Position numbers and translations under genes: made by a program. A DNA stretch of 64,000 nt from an uncultured virus (IMG/VR IMGVR_UViG_3300027749_000050) (Duplodnaviria > Heunggongvirae > Uroviricota > Caudoviricetes). The stretch's first letter is position 1. Every line of letters begins with the position of its first letter. The notes under the pieces were generated by a model. That model worked only from the letters and a program-made list of their open reading frames with translations. It did not search any database and was not told the DNA's origin. The stretch lies in the IMG/VR virus record IMGVR_UViG_3300027749_000050; one strand, written 5' to 3'. Below are positions 33,293 to 45,900 of the stretch, one piece after another.

Positions 33293-36200
33293 ATCTGATA
33301 TAGAAATTTCTAACATTCTCAAAGCTCTCCCATCTATTGAGCATACCCAAAGCTGGTATAACATCCTTAGCTTCTTTCCAAGCTTTAAGACTTCCTTTAT
33401 GAGGGCCTCTTTCATAATAGTTCTTATCATAAGGAGGGAACGGAATACTAAGAACACTACTCATCATCTCACCATAATCTCTAAGAGTACTTAAACCTGC
33501 AATAGGATTTTTAACCATTTGATATTGTTGTTTAATACCAACTACAGGAATGTATGTTTGAATCTCTTGTTGTTGACGAGTCTGTTGATAGATCATAAAG
33601 TTGACCAGTTTTTTAACTTTATCATCATCAGGAGGAATACCAGCTGCAAGCATGCTAAATAGTTCAGCCATTATAAATGAAGCCATAAAGAAACCTAACT
33701 CTGCAATATTTTTATACATGTTTCTCACTTCCATATCACTCATTTTTTTATAAGCTTTAGACCCTGGAACAAGAACTGCCAGCATACCTGTAGCCTTTGC
33801 TAAAAAACCTTCTTCTGTTTGATAAACATATTTCATTACATTAAAAAATGTTCTGTAACGTCCTTCTATTTCACCAAGGTTTTCATTAGTATATCTTTTC
33901 TGAAATCTTGCACGTATAGCAGGGTATAAAAATTTATGGAACTGAGCACCAAGTTGTCCTAACCAATGAGATTGAATAACCATTCTATCTTCCCAAGCAT
34001 AGTTACCATGTATTTGTTTATTCACTTCATAGATGTAGTTAGTAACTTTTGTTTTAAAAGCTTCATCTATTTCGTATCCTGGTTTAAGAGTTAATTCACC
34101 AGTATTTGGATCAAAATTAAAAGCATCATATATAGCTAACTTTTCTCCTGTTTGATTGTGTGTAAGTTCAAACTTACTACTCATTGTTACAGCTACACCA
34201 GTTTTACTCTGTACATTATACTCACCACCTTCTTGAAATATGTAAGCAAAACTAGCTATATCCACTCTACCTGCATCAGCTTGAAACTTACGAACCATTC
34301 TAAAATAGTTTACAATAGCCTCATACTTAGAATTAGGTCTATCTAATTTATACACTCCATCTTTAGATCCCATTCCTTTCATTAACCCTGGTATATATTC
34401 TTTGTTATAAGAACCAGTGGATCTGAAATAAGCTTTTCTTTCATAATAAATACCACCATAAGCTTCTATGGCATTATTTATTCTACCCATTACGTAGTTA
34501 TTTATACCACCAAATATATTGAAACCAAGTCCCTTAAGAGATGTTAAATTTTGAATCTTATTTGCAACCTGAGCCACTGTACTATAATCATACTCATCAT
34601 TATTATAGTACACCATCTTAAACCATTTCTTAAGACGTTTATATGCAAGAGATTCTCCTTCACCTTTTATAACAGCTTCACCTTCAGTACCTTTTTTAAC
34701 AAATTTTTCTTCTTGAGAATTAGCTACGTAATATTTTTTCTTCTCAACTATTTTAGCTATAGATAATAAACTACTTTCAATATCTGACATCTGTTCAAAC
34801 TTCTCAGCCATCATTCTAAATGCTATTAAGTTTTCTACAAGATCTACATTAATATCATTAAATTCAAGTTTACCATTTTCAATAGCAAGAGACAAGTTAA
34901 GTTTCTTAAGTTCTTTCTCATACTCTTCAGTACCTATAGATTTCTTAACTATATACTCAGCTTTTAAATCTTTAATTTTTTCTTTTATGTTTTCAATCTT
35001 CTTTTCATTTCTAGCATCCCCTGTGTAAAGAATAGGTAAGTTATCTACAGGAATACCATCATCATCTGTAAGCCTTTGTACAGAATGCATCTGAGGAGCT
35101 GTACTAAACCAATCACGAGCACTTCTTGTTACAGCCTTAAAGTAAGATGTTCCTTTACGTTTAGCAGCATTAAGATAATTATCTTTCACTCTAGCCACTT
35201 TACCTAACATTCTTACTTGTTCTGATATAGTTAACTTTTCAAGAGTGCCTCTCATTTCTTTATCAAAGAATTTATAAAATTCTAACTGAACTCTTTCAGC
35301 ATCATTCTGTGGATTGTTAAGTTTAACATATCTAGAATCTCTCATGTCTTCTCCAGTGGAACTAAGCTCTTTAATTTCTACATACTTACCTTTAGGAAAC
35401 CAAGCTGTTCTTTCTTCTGTCTTACCACTATAAGAACCATCTTTTTCAAACACTGCTCCTAAATATTCATTACGATCATAGTATTTGTTTTTATATTTTC
35501 TATAATCTTCATCACTCACTGTGGGTTTTTTAATCCAACTAAGAAAACCTTTTCTTAAAGAAGCAGGATGTGGAATTTCATATTTAGCTCTTTCATTGAT
35601 AAACTCTGAAGATAGTCTATGATACTCACCACTAACTATTTGATTATTTTCATCAAGAGTTTCAGCTTCTCTAAACTGTCTAACTTTTTCTTTTTTCTTT
35701 TGAAGGTCAATGTTATGAAGTATGTCTTCAGCACTTGCATCTTCTAAATTAGCTATAGGAATATACTCAAGTTGATCTCCATTCTCATCTTTAAGAAGAC
35801 CATATATTTTACTTTTAAGATCATAATACTTTTGACCAATAGCTTGTAAATAACGTCCTGAAAAATTTCCATCAGCATCATAGTTAAGCATAAAAGAGAA
35901 GTCTATTTTACTTACTCCTAAAGCATTAGCTAATTTATTACCAAGAGTTTTAGCTCTGATAATAAATTCATCTGTTCTATTTTTAGCTTTTTGGTCAGCT
36001 TCTGTATATAAGTTAGCAGCAATAGCAAGAAGTTTTTCTTTACTGTTTTGTAAATCACCTAAAGCATATTGATCACCACTGATATCAAAACCTTCTTTAA
36101 GAATAGCATCTATCTCAGCTTCTGTAATAGGTTGATTAGATTTTTTCTTAATTAAGTCTTTAACATAAGCTTCTAAAGCAGGATTTATTTCTTGCTTTAC

Positions 36201-39200
36201 AGCATTAAGAAGACTTTGTACATCTCTCATTAGTTTATATTGTTCCTGACTGCCTAGTCCTAGTTCTGGGATACTAGCCAGCCCATCATAAGAATCAACA
36301 AACTTCTCAGCTTCTAATACTATATCTATATATCCATCATTGCCCACCTTGGTAGGGTCTGTGATATACTTATACATGTTAGTAAGACTATCTTTAGTAT
36401 AGTTTAAAAGTCTACCAAATGAAACATCCGGTCTACCAAGATCTTTTGTTTCTATTGCTGTTAATAGCTCTGATATTTTATCAATAGTTTGTTCCTTACT
36501 TTCTTCAGTGAATGCTTCAAATCTTGCAGACTTTGTAAGATTTTCTAAATATAACTGACGTTGTCTTAGTTTAGTAACATACTTCTGTATTGTACCTTTT
36601 AGTTTATCAAGTAGATCTCCTGGAATATCTTCTTCTGGAAGAGCTTCTGAATCACTTAAAAAGTCTTCAGCATCTGCCGGGTTATTCAGTCCAAGAAGTT
36701 TCTTGAATGATTTTATCTTACTTCTATTTCCTTTAGTAGGTACTATTTGATTAACTTCATTAACATTGGCACTAGGTTGGTGAACCTGAATACCTTCCCA
36801 TTGAAACTGCACAACTTTTTGATCCTTACCTTCTCCTTCTACATCTAATAAAATATGTAATGTAGATATTCCTTTTACTGGATACCCATTTACTTCAGCA
36901 AGTCTTTTATAAACAGCCACCTGAATACCATGTTGTTGTTGTGTAGTGAGTGGTCCTTTTAATACAGCCTCAGCACCTACATCGTAAGCTTTATTTCTAT
37001 ATCTATCACTTTTAAAACTATTCTTAGAAACTTTTAAATCACTAATAAATATATCTCCATTAGGTTTAATAATGAATATATCCAGTGAACCAGCTATTCC
37101 AGATTGTGGGTCAGCAAGTATAATCTGAGGAAGTATAATAGAACCATCTGCTGTTAATCCTATAATATATCCCTGCAGTGCATCATATGCTCTTCTAGAT
37201 ATGTCTTCTGATACAACACCTGTCATGTTAGCCTTAGCTTGATCAAATGTTTTACCTTCTATAATGTCTTGTAAAGTTATATCAAAGTTTTTACCAAAAA
37301 GTCTATTAAGTTCGAATAATCCTTCAGGATCTTTTAGCTCACCCTTGATAGCAGTGGTAGTAGATTTATATATCTGCCCTGTCTTAGTGTGCATGTATAT
37401 ATGATTCTCTTCTTCAAGTATTACTTTACCAAGATCTTCCTCACCCGGCTTAGCTTCAAAGAGCAGGTCATCAATAACTTTATTCTGAATGTCATTTGCA
37501 ACCTGCTTCATCCTTTGTTTAAATCCTCTTGTCTTTTCATCTAATTGATACTGAGCATTTTGTTCTATAGGAAGTTCTCCAAGATTTATTTTTGTATCTG
37601 ACATTGACACCATATCAGCTAGATCTTGAAGATTATAATTAAGTTGTAAATCTTTAACTTTTATACCAAGTAATTTATTTAAAGTTCTACGAAACCAGTT
37701 TGTAAACTGAGATAGGATAGATTGTCTAACTCTTTCTGTTTTACTTTCCACTACATCCCCTGTATCAGTCAAAGTTTTAGAAGATAACTTACCTAGATAA
37801 CTAACAAGAGCTTCGTCCAACACTTCTTCTTCAGATAGAGTAGAATACCCCGGTGATGTTTTAATACTTTCTATTTCATCTAATCCTTCTTGTACAGATT
37901 GAAGTTCATTTATAAGCTTATTGTAAAGACTTTTATTATCTTTTTTAAGAGCAGATATAAAAGGGTGAAAGTATTCATGGAAAGGAGTGTCAGCTGTTAT
38001 GTTTTTAGCAGAGTTAATATACACTCTACCATTTTCAAACTTACCTTTCCAATCAGCATTAGGTTCATTTACAAATTCATAATCTACACCAAACTTTTCT
38101 TTTAGTCTATCTAACACTTTAGCAACACTTCTTAATTCAATGGTTGGTACATTGGTAGGAGCATCTTTTTGAAATAACACTTTACCCATATCTCTTTTAG
38201 TATCTATTTTAACTTCATTCCAAGTGTTGCCATACTCGTCTGTAACCACCTTAGGATTGTATCCTTGTTTTTTAAGAACATTAGCTACATTCTCTTCATA
38301 GAATTTATATATAGGTTTAAGAGCACCAAACCCTTCTCTATCTACTCTTTCAAGTTCTTGTTTAAGTTGATCTATTTCATTATCTATGTTTGTATTTTTA
38401 ACACCTCCATTTTCTAAATCAATTTGACCAAGAATTCTTCCTCCTCCAGGCAAAGTTTGTGCTGGTAATGCTGTACTTGGTACAATGTTTCCTTGTTCTT
38501 TTTTTATTCTTTCAAGCTTTTTTATCCTATCTTCTTTCTGTTTCTTAAACTCTTCTAATGTTGTATGTCCTTCCACTTTACTAGCTGTATTACCAGAAGG
38601 AAATAACACTTTCTCATATCCTTTCTTAGCTGAATCTTGTACAATAGATTTAATGAAGAATGTAACCCAGTTAGATCCTTGATTTAATAGTTGTAGGAAT
38701 TGATTTTGTTTAATTTCAGTTCCATTTTTTTTAGCTCTTAAATACTCTTCTTTTGTAAGATTAATATATTCTCCTCTTATTCCTTTAAAATAATTATTAT
38801 TTATTTCAGAATAATAATAAGTATAACCTTTACTATCTTTAAATGTTTCTTCAGAACTTGCTGAATTTTTTTCTATAGTATTTATTAAATTTTCTTTATC
38901 TCTACCCTTCTGAAACAGATCAGATTGTACTTCTAGTATTCTACGAGTTTTGGAACCCTTCATTATAAACATATCTTTATAATTTGGGTCAGGTATTAAA
39001 TCTTTATCATACCATGCTTCATCACTTCTAAACCAACCTATACCATTCTCTGTAGCAAACTGAGCATGTCCTGTAATAGAAGGAGTGATGGCTGGTGTAG
39101 CTATTTCATTCTCTGTATAATTAGTTCCTCCTGGAACTGTTAGATTAGCATAATGTTGAGTATTACTTCCTTGATTTTCTTCATATTCTGATTTACTTAT

Positions 39201-39881
39201 AGGTATTAAAGGATTATCTTTTCCTTCTAATTGTTTAAAAAACCCCTCTTCATTTTTTTGATAAAAATAACCATCTTTAATATAATAAGATGTTCCATAT
39301 TCATTTTTAGGTTTTTCTTTAGCAGTATTAATCTCAATAGCATAACTATAATCAGCTAACATATTAGTGATTAACTCTTCTCTGTCTGTTATGTCATATT
39401 GCTTAAGAAGTTCTATTTGTTCTTTTGGAATCTGAAGCTCTGTAAGAATTCTATCTAAAGTCCATTTGTTCTTTTCTCCTTTAGCAAATACTTCTATAGC
39501 TTTAGCTGATTGAAGTATGTCTATAGATTTTGTTCCAGCATCCACTGCATTTTCTGCAAGAGGTTCTCTTTCTGGAGGGAGTGCAGCTGTAGAAGGTTTT
39601 GCAGATTGATCATCTTCCTTTAATAAGTACTTCATCACTGTAGCAGCATATGGTTCATTGTTAGCATCTACCAATCCTTTAATTTCTCCATTTTCAAAAT
39701 CACCAAAATATGACTTAAAAGATGGAGTGTATGCTAATAGATATAACTCACCGGCCAAGTTCTTATCACCATCTAAATCTGGCATCTTAAGAAGATCATT
39801 ATATAGTCTAGATTCTTCTCCATTAGGAGCTATCACATTAACTATTTCACCTTTGTCATCTCTAAATATTTTACAAGACAT
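33291..39881 (-). CDS. giant virion/ejected polyvalent protein
   Basis: 2196 aa downstream of the vRNAP gene; zincin-like HEYFH, PD-(D/E)XK-like GSLD...SDLK...Q..VY and a WFRSD...LEVQSD domain. Confidence 0.8.
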   Translation of the reverse strand: MSCKIFRDDKGEIVNVIAPNGEESRLYNDLLKMPDLDGDKNLAGELYLLAYTPSFKSYFGDFENGEIKGLVDANNEPYAATVMKYLLKEDDQSAKPSTAALPPEREPLAENAVDAGTKSIDILQSAKAIEVFAKGEKNKWTLDRILTELQIPKEQIELLKQYDITDREELITNMLADYSYAIEINTAKEKPKNEYGTSYYIKDGYFYQKNEEGFFKQLEGKDNPLIPISKSEYEENQGSNTQHYANLTVPGGTNYTENEIATPAITPSITGHAQFATENGIGWFRSDEAWYDKDLIPDPNYKDMFIMKGSKTRRILEVQSDLFQKGRDKENLINTIEKNSASSEETFKDSKGYTYYYSEINNNYFKGIRGEYINLTKEEYLRAKKNGTEIKQNQFLQLLNQGSNWVTFFIKSIVQDSAKKGYEKVLFPSGNTASKVEGHTTLEEFKKQKEDRIKKLERIKKEQGNIVPSTALPAQTLPGGGRILGQIDLENGGVKNTNIDNEIDQLKQELERVDREGFGALKPIYKFYEENVANVLKKQGYNPKVVTDEYGNTWNEVKIDTKRDMGKVLFQKDAPTNVPTIELRSVAKVLDRLKEKFGVDYEFVNEPNADWKGKFENGRVYINSAKNITADTPFHEYFHPFISALKKDNKSLYNKLINELQSVQEGLDEIESIKTSPGYSTLSEEEVLDEALVSYLGKLSSKTLTDTGDVVESKTERVRQSILSQFTNWFRRTLNKLLGIKVKDLQLNYNLQDLADMVSMSDTKINLGELPIEQNAQYQLDEKTRGFKQRMKQVANDIQNKVIDDLLFEAKPGEEDLGKVILEEENHIYMHTKTGQIYKSTTTAIKGELKDPEGLFELNRLFGKNFDITLQDIIEGKTFDQAKANMTGVVSEDISRRAYDALQGYIIGLTADGSIILPQIILADPQSGIAGSLDIFIIKPNGDIFISDLKVSKNSFKSDRYRNKAYDVGAEAVLKGPLTTQQQHGIQVAVYKRLAEVNGYPVKGISTLHILLDVEGEGKDQKVVQFQWEGIQVHQPSANVNEVNQIVPTKGNRSKIKSFKKLLGLNNPADAEDFLSDSEALPEEDIPGDLLDKLKGTIQKYVTKLRQRQLYLENLTKSARFEAFTEESKEQTIDKISELLTAIETKDLGRPDVSFGRLLNYTKDSLTNMYKYITDPTKVGNDGYIDIVLEAEKFVDSYDGLASIPELGLGSQEQYKLMRDVQSLLNAVKQEINPALEAYVKDLIKKKSNQPITEAEIDAILKEGFDISGDQYALGDLQNSKEKLLAIAANLYTEADQKAKNRTDEFIIRAKTLGNKLANALGVSKIDFSFMLNYDADGNFSGRYLQAIGQKYYDLKSKIYGLLKDENGDQLEYIPIANLEDASAEDILHNIDLQKKKEKVRQFREAETLDENNQIVSGEYHRLSSEFINERAKYEIPHPASLRKGFLSWIKKPTVSDEDYRKYKNKYYDRNEYLGAVFEKDGSYSGKTEERTAWFPKGKYVEIKELSSTGEDMRDSRYVKLNNPQNDAERVQLEFYKFFDKEMRGTLEKLTISEQVRMLGKVARVKDNYLNAAKRKGTSYFKAVTRSARDWFSTAPQMHSVQRLTDDDGIPVDNLPILYTGDARNEKKIENIKEKIKDLKAEYIVKKSIGTEEYEKELKKLNLSLAIENGKLEFNDINVDLVENLIAFRMMAEKFEQMSDIESSLLSIAKIVEKKKYYVANSQEEKFVKKGTEGEAVIKGEGESLAYKRLKKWFKMVYYNNDEYDYSTVAQVANKIQNLTSLKGLGFNIFGGINNYVMGRINNAIEAYGGIYYERKAYFRSTGSYNKEYIPGLMKGMGSKDGVYKLDRPNSKYEAIVNYFRMVRKFQADAGRVDIASFAYIFQEGGEYNVQSKTGVAVTMSSKFELTHNQTGEKLAIYDAFNFDPNTGELTLKPGYEIDEAFKTKVTNYIYEVNKQIHGNYAWEDRMVIQSHWLGQLGAQFHKFLYPAIRARFQKRYTNENLGEIEGRYRTFFNVMKYVYQTEEGFLAKATGMLAVLVPGSKAYKKMSDMEVRNMYKNIAELGFFMASFIMAELFSMLAAGIPPDDDKVKKLVNFMIYQQTRQQQEIQTYIPVVGIKQQYQMVKNPIAGLSTLRDYGEMMSSVLSIPFPPYDKNYYERGPHKGSLKAWKEAKDVIPALGMLNRWESFENVRNFYIR

Positions 39882-39903
39882 ATTTTAGTTTGTTTATTTT
39901 AAA

Positions 39904-42900
39904 TTACATTGGACAATTATTATCATCTTTTTTCTTTTGTTCATCTATCTCAGCCTGCTTTTCTTTCTTTCTAGCTGCAATCAAATCCTTAAACTTGTTA
40001 GTATCTTCTTCAGTTACTTCTCTAGGTTTAAAACCTTCTACATCAGGTACTTTTATATCTGTCACATCTTTTGGAGCTGCAGTTTCTATACTAGTCAATG
40101 CTCCAGTTGACACACCACCTGATTCTTCATATTCTTTGTTAAGTCTATCAAGAAGTTCTTGTGCTGATTTAGCTCCTTTAACATCATACTCTATATCTTT
40201 TCCTTTTTCTCTTTTATAATAACTCACTTTATTACCAACTATCTTTACGTATATTCCCCAGTCTCTAGATAATTCTTGCACGGGAGCTTCTAATTGAACA
40301 CTTGGTATACCTGCTAATTGAGCTTCAAGTTTTTCTAGTTGAGCTTCTAAACTATCTAACTTATCAAACATATCAGAATTCTTAGCAGTTCTTTTTCTTA
40401 ATACTATGTTAGCCGGCATCTCACCAGTTACACCACCTGCTTTCCATTGTTTTTTAGAACCTTTAGGATCAAACTTTTCATACTCTGCTATACTACTTAA
40501 TATCATATTCTCACCCACCTCTCTAATCATACTACCAAGTCCATTATCTTTAACAGATTCTTTACCTTTACCTATCACTTTTAATTTATAATAACTAGTT
40601 GTTTTACTTTTTATATTTCCTGTTTCCACTTTAATTGTGTAAGGTAACTCAAGATAATATCTGTTTTTCCCATCCTCAGTAGGTCTGTTTGTTACAGTGA
40701 TTCCACGAGCTTTTAATAATAACTTATTATAATTTAATTTTTCAAGTTCTTCTTCACTAAATTTTCCTGTAGCAATTGTTTCTGCATAAAATTGATTACC
40801 CATTTCATCCTCTAATAAAGTCATTTCAGCTTTACGTATTCCACCAAATATATCAATAACTATTTTTGTAGGGATGGGTTGACTTTCTGATTTATCAGTT
40901 TTAACTACCTCAGCTATATATCCTTTAGGTTTCTTATCTTCTAGTGCTTTATCTTTTTTAATCTTTCCTATATTAACAAACTTAATATTAAAACTATTAT
41001 TGACATTAGTAGAATAAAGAGTGGTGAATTCATTGAATACTTCTTTACCAGTCATACCAAACATATCTTTATATGCTTGATCATTACCCACTTTACTATC
41101 TTCTTTTAATAATTCATGAGCATCTCCTGTAGCATCTAATATTTCTTTAAACATTGCAGGAGGAATAAACTTAATAAAGCTACCACTCTTAAACTGACCA
41201 CCATCCTTAACTATCAAATAGTTAAACAAATTTAATGCAAGTTTTCTATCTTTACTATATATTTCTAAGAAACTATCTTCAAGTCTTCCTTGCTCATAAG
41301 AATCTAATTTAGCCCATGTATTACTTTCAGCTAAGTTAATACCACCTTTAGTATTAGGGTTTACGTATTCTTTATTTTCATTAACATCTTTTAATACAAC
41401 TGGTACAATATTTAAAAACTTATTTGCAAAATAGTTATCCGGCATTTTCTCACGGATCTTCTTAACTGTATCAATTACATCCATAAAGTCTTCACCTCTA
41501 TCTACAGCAGAAGCATCATATATCAAAGCATTATCTAGTCCTTCAAGCTTAATAGTTTTATTATTAACCTTTAAATATTGCATGTAAGCTTTAATACCAA
41601 GATAGGCAATGATATCACGTTTAAGAGTCTTGTTAAAAGTTTCTCTTTCTTTTGAATTGACATGTAAGTTTGCAAGAACGGTATCTCTAAGTCTCTTAAA
41701 CATGTATGTCTTTTCAATAAACACACTTTTTTGAAGCTCTTTAATTTGGTCTTTGATTGCTCTATAGTTAGCAGTGATGTTATGGAAAGGTTTAGATCTA
41801 TCTAACCCACCTAACACTTGACGTAAATCAAAAGGAATGTTGCTATTAGCAAAATCAGTATCCCCAAGATTTAATCCAAGAGTCTCTTCTTTTTTATCAA
41901 TCTTATCTATGTTTTCATTATCAGTACCTAATCCTTTAGAAAGTTTAAGTACTTGAGCAACATCAGAATAATATTCTGTTTGACCATAAAACTGAAAGAA
42001 TGATTTAAATATAGCTAAGTTAGCTTCAGGATTTGAACCATTGGATTTAATGTTGTTCTCAAGAAGAGAAGTTGTAACTTCTGGTAAAGTAACTCCGTCT
42101 GGTATAGCTTCTTCTAATTTTGCTAAAAGGAGATTACCAACACTACTTTTAAATATCAGACGTTCTTCTGCTGTCTTAATACTATTAGATGTTACAGATA
42201 TATTTTTATAGAACTCTCTAACAGCTGGCTGTAAATTAAACATAAGAGCTGTCTCTAATGGAACACCTAATGCCACCATGTTAGATACAATACCAACAGC
42301 ATTTATATTAAGACCAAGTCTAGCAGCCAAACGTTCTTTAGCATTATCCGTCATAGCATTCACTATAGCTCCAATGTGGTAGAAGATACGTTCACCATCG
42401 TAATCACTACTATCTGTTACAGATCCATCAGCATTAACTACTTTTCTGTTGTTATATGCTCTACTATGTTCATAGCTACCAAACTGATGACCATCTATAG
42501 TAAGTACAAATAAATCTTCACCTTTAGCATTTTTGGTTCTTATTTTAGTTTGTTCACCATATGCATTCATTAATGCAAACACAAGCATAGAATTTACAGC
42601 CGGTCCAATATTTCTAGAACCCTCTTTATTATTCTTGAATGCTCTGTATTGACCTATCATAGAATCAACATCTTCTCCTGCCTCAATAAGAATATCATGT
42701 AGCATTGGGAACCTAGCAATGAAATTTTCAATAGCATCTATTAAAGGCTGAACCTCAGCTACCTGGAAAGCAACAGGAAGTTCTCCTTTTTGAGATAACA
42801 CCATTTTATCATTGTTAAGCATTTTAATCTTAGCTTCAAGAATACGATTATTAAGAACACCATTATTAAGTTCACCTTTTGTTTTTACATGTTTAATATA

Positions 42901-45900
42901 TTCATCCACTGTACTAGGAAGACCTAATTCTTTTAATGCATTTTCAAGAATAAGAGCATCTCTATCTTTTTTAAGTAAATCATTAGACAGTTGTTCAATA
43001 GATTCATACGAAATATTAGGTTCAAGATATCCTGTAATAGTATCAGGATCTTCTGCAGTTACACCAAGAGTAGAAAGTTGTTTAAGTTTATCTTTAACAT
43101 TTCTATCTCTACTAGCCATGTAAATAAGATATTCTTCAAACTTTCCCTTATCTGTTTTAGCAGTTCCATAAGGAATAAGTAGCCCTTCTTTTTTATTTTT
43201 ATAGCTATCCACAATTTGCATATACACCTTATCAATATCAAAATCGGCTCCTGATATCTCAATCAACTCATGTGGAAATACAGCTGTAGATCCATAATTG
43301 GCCGGTAGAAAATCTACCAATCTAGTAGTTACAAAAGAGTGTTTATCATCTGAAGGAATACGTACAGCAAAAGCTTTCAAAGCAGATTCAGGAATTTCTT
43401 CATCAGCTCCTATATTCATATGCTCTCTAAAGTGAGCAGCAGTCATCATTTCACTAAAATATCCTGTAATATTTCCATTCTCATCATACTCTGGAACATT
43501 ATGTCTAAGATCATCTATATAAACATCTCCTACAGAAAGCCCTTCAAACTCTCTATCTAAATCATTATTCCATCTTTTACCATTCTTTACAGCATTAAGC
43601 AATTCTCTATTGGCTTCATACTGATCTCTACGAATAACCACCCAACGTTTTGGTTGACCATTCTCATCAAGTTCTACAACTCTTTTAGCTATCTTCATAC
43701 CATAGTTGGACATCAATGCTAAAGCATGTCCTGGTACTTTCTCACTCATAACTCCTTTAGAATAATGAGCTAAAAATAACTGAGTGAATTTATCAAGAGT
43801 GATAGGATGATTTAAATTATACTTCTGTGTATACTCACCTGTTTGAGGATTGTACATAGGAGTGAAAAACTCAATAAGCTGAGCATCTGCACCAGTTGAT
43901 GCCAATGTTTCAACAGCATTTTTCAAAAACTTACCAAGCTTAGGAGTAATTTGATTTTGTTTTAATGATTTTCTTAATTCTCCAAAAGCCTTATCTATAT
44001 CAAACATCTCTTTACGAGCAGAGTAGTAATTATTCTGAACTCTTTGTTCAGTGTCCTTAAGATAGTTGTCAATCACTTCTCCAAGAGACATTTCTTGACC
44101 TCTAAAGTTTACTAATAAATCTCTAGACTGTTCAGCTATGATAAGTTGTTTAGCCTGTGTAGGATCTGTAATAATAGTTTTGTTAGAAGGGTTCTCCAAC
44201 TGTAATCTCCAGAATCTATTATCATGTTCAACAAAGTTGTTAGTGTTTATATCACTAATACTTCTAGCTACATTTTTCTTTACTCCTTTAGAAGCTGATT
44301 TAGGAATACCAAAAGTTATTGTTTGATTTTTAGTTTCAAAGTCTTCTAACTTCTCACGTAACATATGTAGTTCTTCACTTCCTGGTCTAGCTTCCCATTG
44401 ACCATTAAGTTTTATAGAAGTTAATTGTTTACTTAACATCACTCCAGAAACTTTAATATACTTTTTACCATCACTGTATACAAGTTTAATAGAGTTTGTT
44501 TGAGCATTAAATTCTATAGATCCACCTTTATAAACAATATCTCTATCAACATTTCTAAAACCTTCACCAAATATATCATCACTGTTTACATTTTCTCCTT
44601 TTTTAATCTTATCAAGAAGATCGGCTTGAGCTTTATTAAGTTTACCAAGACCAAATAGAGTATAACGTAAACACTTTTCAGTTAGGTACATCTGAGCATC
44701 TGCTTTCTCTTTATTCTTCCCTGCAAACTTTCCTTTATATAAAGGATCTTCAAATGTAACTACATGGGATGTTTTATTAGCATGTTCAATACCAAGTTCT
44801 TTAGAAGTAATTATAGATTCTATAGAAGCACCAGAACCATTCAAACCTCTATTACGTTTAACTTCATCTATACCTCCATTATTCTTAAATATTTCAGCAG
44901 CATCTCCAATAAATAATTGTCTAGCTGATAATGTATTTAAATAATTACTCATCATTATCTGAGCAATATTATATACAGGAGCTTGAGCAAGCATGTTAAG
45001 CATTCTGTTTCTATCTATGTCATACTTACCATTTTTCTTAAAACCATAGAATACAGATTCACTAAGAAGATTGTTTACAAGCTTTGTTTTAGTTTCCCCA
45101 GCTTCATTGACTTGTGTTATTCTTTTTATTATATTTTGATTAATAAGACTCTCAACCATTTGATCAAGCTTCCCACCGGGGCCTAACCAATACTTTTCAA
45201 CTTGCTGTAAAATTTCATTTTTGTATTTACTAATATCCTCATTGCCTCTAGCAGCATTCATTAACTTTTCAGATAGATCAGAGCCTAACATATTACCCAT
45301 CTTAATAAACTTAAGACCTCTCTCTTCACCATTGTGATAACCTTCTATAATACCATTAGGAAATCCATTATTCATCTCTTTTTCCACTCTAGTAATTCTA
45401 TCATACTCACGTATAACTTCAGCCATCAAAGCATCAGTCATTTCAGAAGTTAATGCAATCTTTTGATTTTTATATTCTACACTTCTTATTACAGGAAGGT
45501 TTGCAACATTTCCTGTGTTAGAAGCTTCAAGTACACCAAGAAGAACAGAAGATGTCATAAATTCATTAAGTCCTTTACCATCTTCTCTAATTACAACATG
45601 CTTCTTATTATTAGTGTATAGATCAAATAAGCTAACCAAAAACTCTCTATCTGACATTTTACCATAAGTAACACCAGCATTCTGGTTTACATTAAGTTGT
45701 TTATTCTCAACAAACTTACCATTATCATTTTCTGTAAGTGCAGAATCTTTTGCCCCATCTATACTAGCCACTTTAAAATTATCAGCTATGGCTTGAAAGA
45801 ATGGACTATTAAGAAGGAAGTTTGTACTTAAGAACTTATCTTTTTTAAGTTCTTCACGGTACTCTGAGTTCTGTAACTCAGCTCCTCTCACTAAATTAAA

